Positions 23,270 through 24,580 of a DNA stretch of 24,580 nt are shown in pieces (position 1 is the first letter of the stretch; the number at the start of each line of letters is the position of its first letter). The notes under the pieces are model-generated. The model was not told the DNA's origin, searched no databases, and saw only the letters and a program-made list of their open reading frames with translations. The DNA comes from a virus (Duplodnaviria > Caudoviricetes): the IMG/VR virus record IMGVR_UViG_3300006046_000020, positions 1 through 24,580 of that record. One strand, given 5' to 3'. A program made the translations under genes and the position numbers.

Positions 23270-24578
23270 GACCGTCTCCGTTCCCGTTCCGGGCGGGGAA
23301 GCGGCGGGCGAGGAACGCCTCGGCGTAGCCGCCGACCGCCGCAGCCTGCAACGCCGGCTGCTCACCGTCGGCGGCTGGCGGGGCGGCGGGGGCTTGGAAC
23401 TGGCCGTCGGCGGGCTGCGGAGTCACCCCGGCCGGCAGGAGGAACACGTCCCCGCCCGCGACCTTGTCCAGGCCGACGGTGCGGCGGAAGTCGTTGATCG
23501 TCACCCCACCCCGGGCCAGCGCGTTCGTCGCACGGTCCCAGCGGGCCTGCTCCGACTCCCGCAACGCCAGCACGTCGGAGTTGTCCCAACGCAGCTCCAC
23601 CCGCGCCCGGCCGACCCCGGAGAACTCCGGCAGCAGCCTGGTCCGGACCGGTTCGAGGAAGCGGCGCTGCAACGGCATCACCGTCTCCTCCCAGAAGGAG
23701 ACCCTCGCCTCGCCGTAGTTGGTGAACGTCGAGCGGTCCAGGCCGACCTTCGCCCCGACCAGGATCGGCGGGACGCCCAAGGCCATGCAGATCCGTGACT
23801 CACTGATCGTCCGGAGGTCGGGGAACTCGAGGTCGCGGAGGTTCAAGCCCAGGACCTTCACGTCCATGCCCTGCTGCAGGAACGCCGGCTCGCCGCGGCG
23901 GCTGCCGCCGAACGCGACCTTCCACTTCTCCTTCAGCCGGTTGGTGACCTCCTGGTTGGTCGCCTCCGCGGTCGTGACGACCACCCCGGGGATCGCGTGG
24001 TTGCGCAGCAGCGCGTCGACGAAGTCGGTCGCGGCGTTGTCGAGCGTGCTGGCCCGTGAGGCCGGCCGCAGCGGCGCCTGCCCGAAGTACGGGTCCAACG
24101 GGTTGGGGTACTTGATGTGGATCAGGTCGCCGGGCGGGATCGGCACGACGTCGGGCTGCTGCCCCCGGGCGACGGCGTCGGGGTTCAGGACGTACCCGTA
24201 GCGCCACACCCGCGGGTCCATGCTCGGCCAGATCCTGACCAGGTCCGGGCGGAGCGGCCACAGCTCCGCCGGGAGGCCGTCCCGGGCACGCTGGATCAGC
24301 CAGTAGCAGTTGCCGGCTAGGTCCAGGTAGGTCACCGACAGCTCGAAGAACTCGAACTCGTTGGTGACCGGGTTGGGCTGGGCGATCAGCTGCCGCAGCC
24401 GGTGCGACTCCAACGGTTCCCCACCCGCTGAGGTCGGGTAGACCCGCAGGACGCTCTGCGGCAGGGACTGCGCCTTCTCGCTGATGCACGCGAACACCAG
24501 CTCGTTGCGGCCGTAGCCGTTGCGCGCGAACGTCTCGTAGCTCGAGTCGGGGTACAGCATCCCGTCAAGGTTGGGCCG
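23247..24578 (-). CDS. HK97-family phage portal protein (5' end probably outside window)
   Basis: VFACISEKAQS, YLDLAGNCYW, ELWPLRPDLV, IHIK, GQAPL, ICMALGVPPILVG, TFTNYGEA and TINDFRRTVGL portal motifs; frame open to the window end. Confidence 0.95.
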   Translation of the reverse strand, partial: RPNLDGMLYPDSSYETFARNGYGRNELVFACISEKAQSLPQSVLRVYPTSAGGEPLESHRLRQLIAQPNPVTNEFEFFELSVTYLDLAGNCYWLIQRARDGLPAELWPLRPDLVRIWPSMDPRVWRYGYVLNPDAVARGQQPDVVPIPPGDLIHIKYPNPLDPYFGQAPLRPASRASTLDNAATDFVDALLRNHAIPGVVVTTAEATNQEVTNRLKEKWKVAFGGSRRGEPAFLQQGMDVKVLGLNLRDLEFPDLRTISESRICMALGVPPILVGAKVGLDRSTFTNYGEARVSFWEETVMPLQRRFLEPVRTRLLPEFSGVGRARVELRWDNSDVLALRESEQARWDRATNALARGGVTINDFRRTVGLDKVAGGDVFLLPAGVTPQPADGQFQAPAAPPAADGEQPALQAAAVGGYAEAFLARRFPARNGNGDGRALEARP

Positions 24579-24580
24579 GC

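Larger units (their letters stand above)
1..24580 (-). mobile_element. Siphovirus-type phage/prophage head-neck-tail morphogenesis region
   Basis: Colinear portal, prohead protease, HK97-fold capsid, adaptor, terminator, tail tube, chaperone, tape measure, Dit and hub genes on one strand, many coupled by ATGA/TGATG overlaps. No integrase or att site in the window, so prophage versus free phage cannot be decided. Confidence 0.95.

Noticed and set aside
228-23497. Long plus-strand ORFs (228-3149, 3128-5161, 17666-20191, 19896-22055, 21914-23497 and others) and off-frame minus ORFs
   Set aside because: Arg/Gly/Pro-rich shadow frames opposite or overlapping well-supported genes, expected at this GC content.
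20574-24578. Gene transfer agent interpretation
   Set aside because: The head motifs are generic HK97-type, and moron-like inserts and a 1056-aa tape measure fit a phage; flanking context would be needed to say more.

Overview
Very GC-rich, Actinomycetota-like DNA carrying one continuous minus-strand siphovirus/prophage morphogenesis operon. In transcription order it holds: portal (5' end probably outside the window), an extended HK97-type prohead protease and an HK97-fold major capsid protein. Next is a ~9 kb accessory block between capsid and neck genes (glycosyltransferase-FkbM methyltransferase fusion, several beta-rich putative appendage proteins, an 18-aa-repeat fibre, and a signal-peptide-bearing lysozyme-like enzyme). 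Then come the head-tail adaptor, tail terminator, a SAP-domain protein, tail tube, an HK97-gp10-like protein, a frameshifted tail assembly chaperone, a tape measure with two peptidoglycan hydrolase domains, a distal tail protein and an apparently split baseplate hub carrying a beta-helix domain. The most unusual signals are: (i) a glycosyltransferase gene that appears to start at ATC behind an SD-sequestering RNA structure; (ii) three antisense TANNNT-N6-RTG promoter-like sites next to late-gene SDs, two of them in small cassettes flanked by direct repeats containing the upstream TAG stop; (iii) the split hub with an in-frame amber codon; (iv) a lone TTA codon inside a T-TTA-AAT slippery heptamer in the tape measure. 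All product calls come from motif recognition and gene order by eye; no searches were run.
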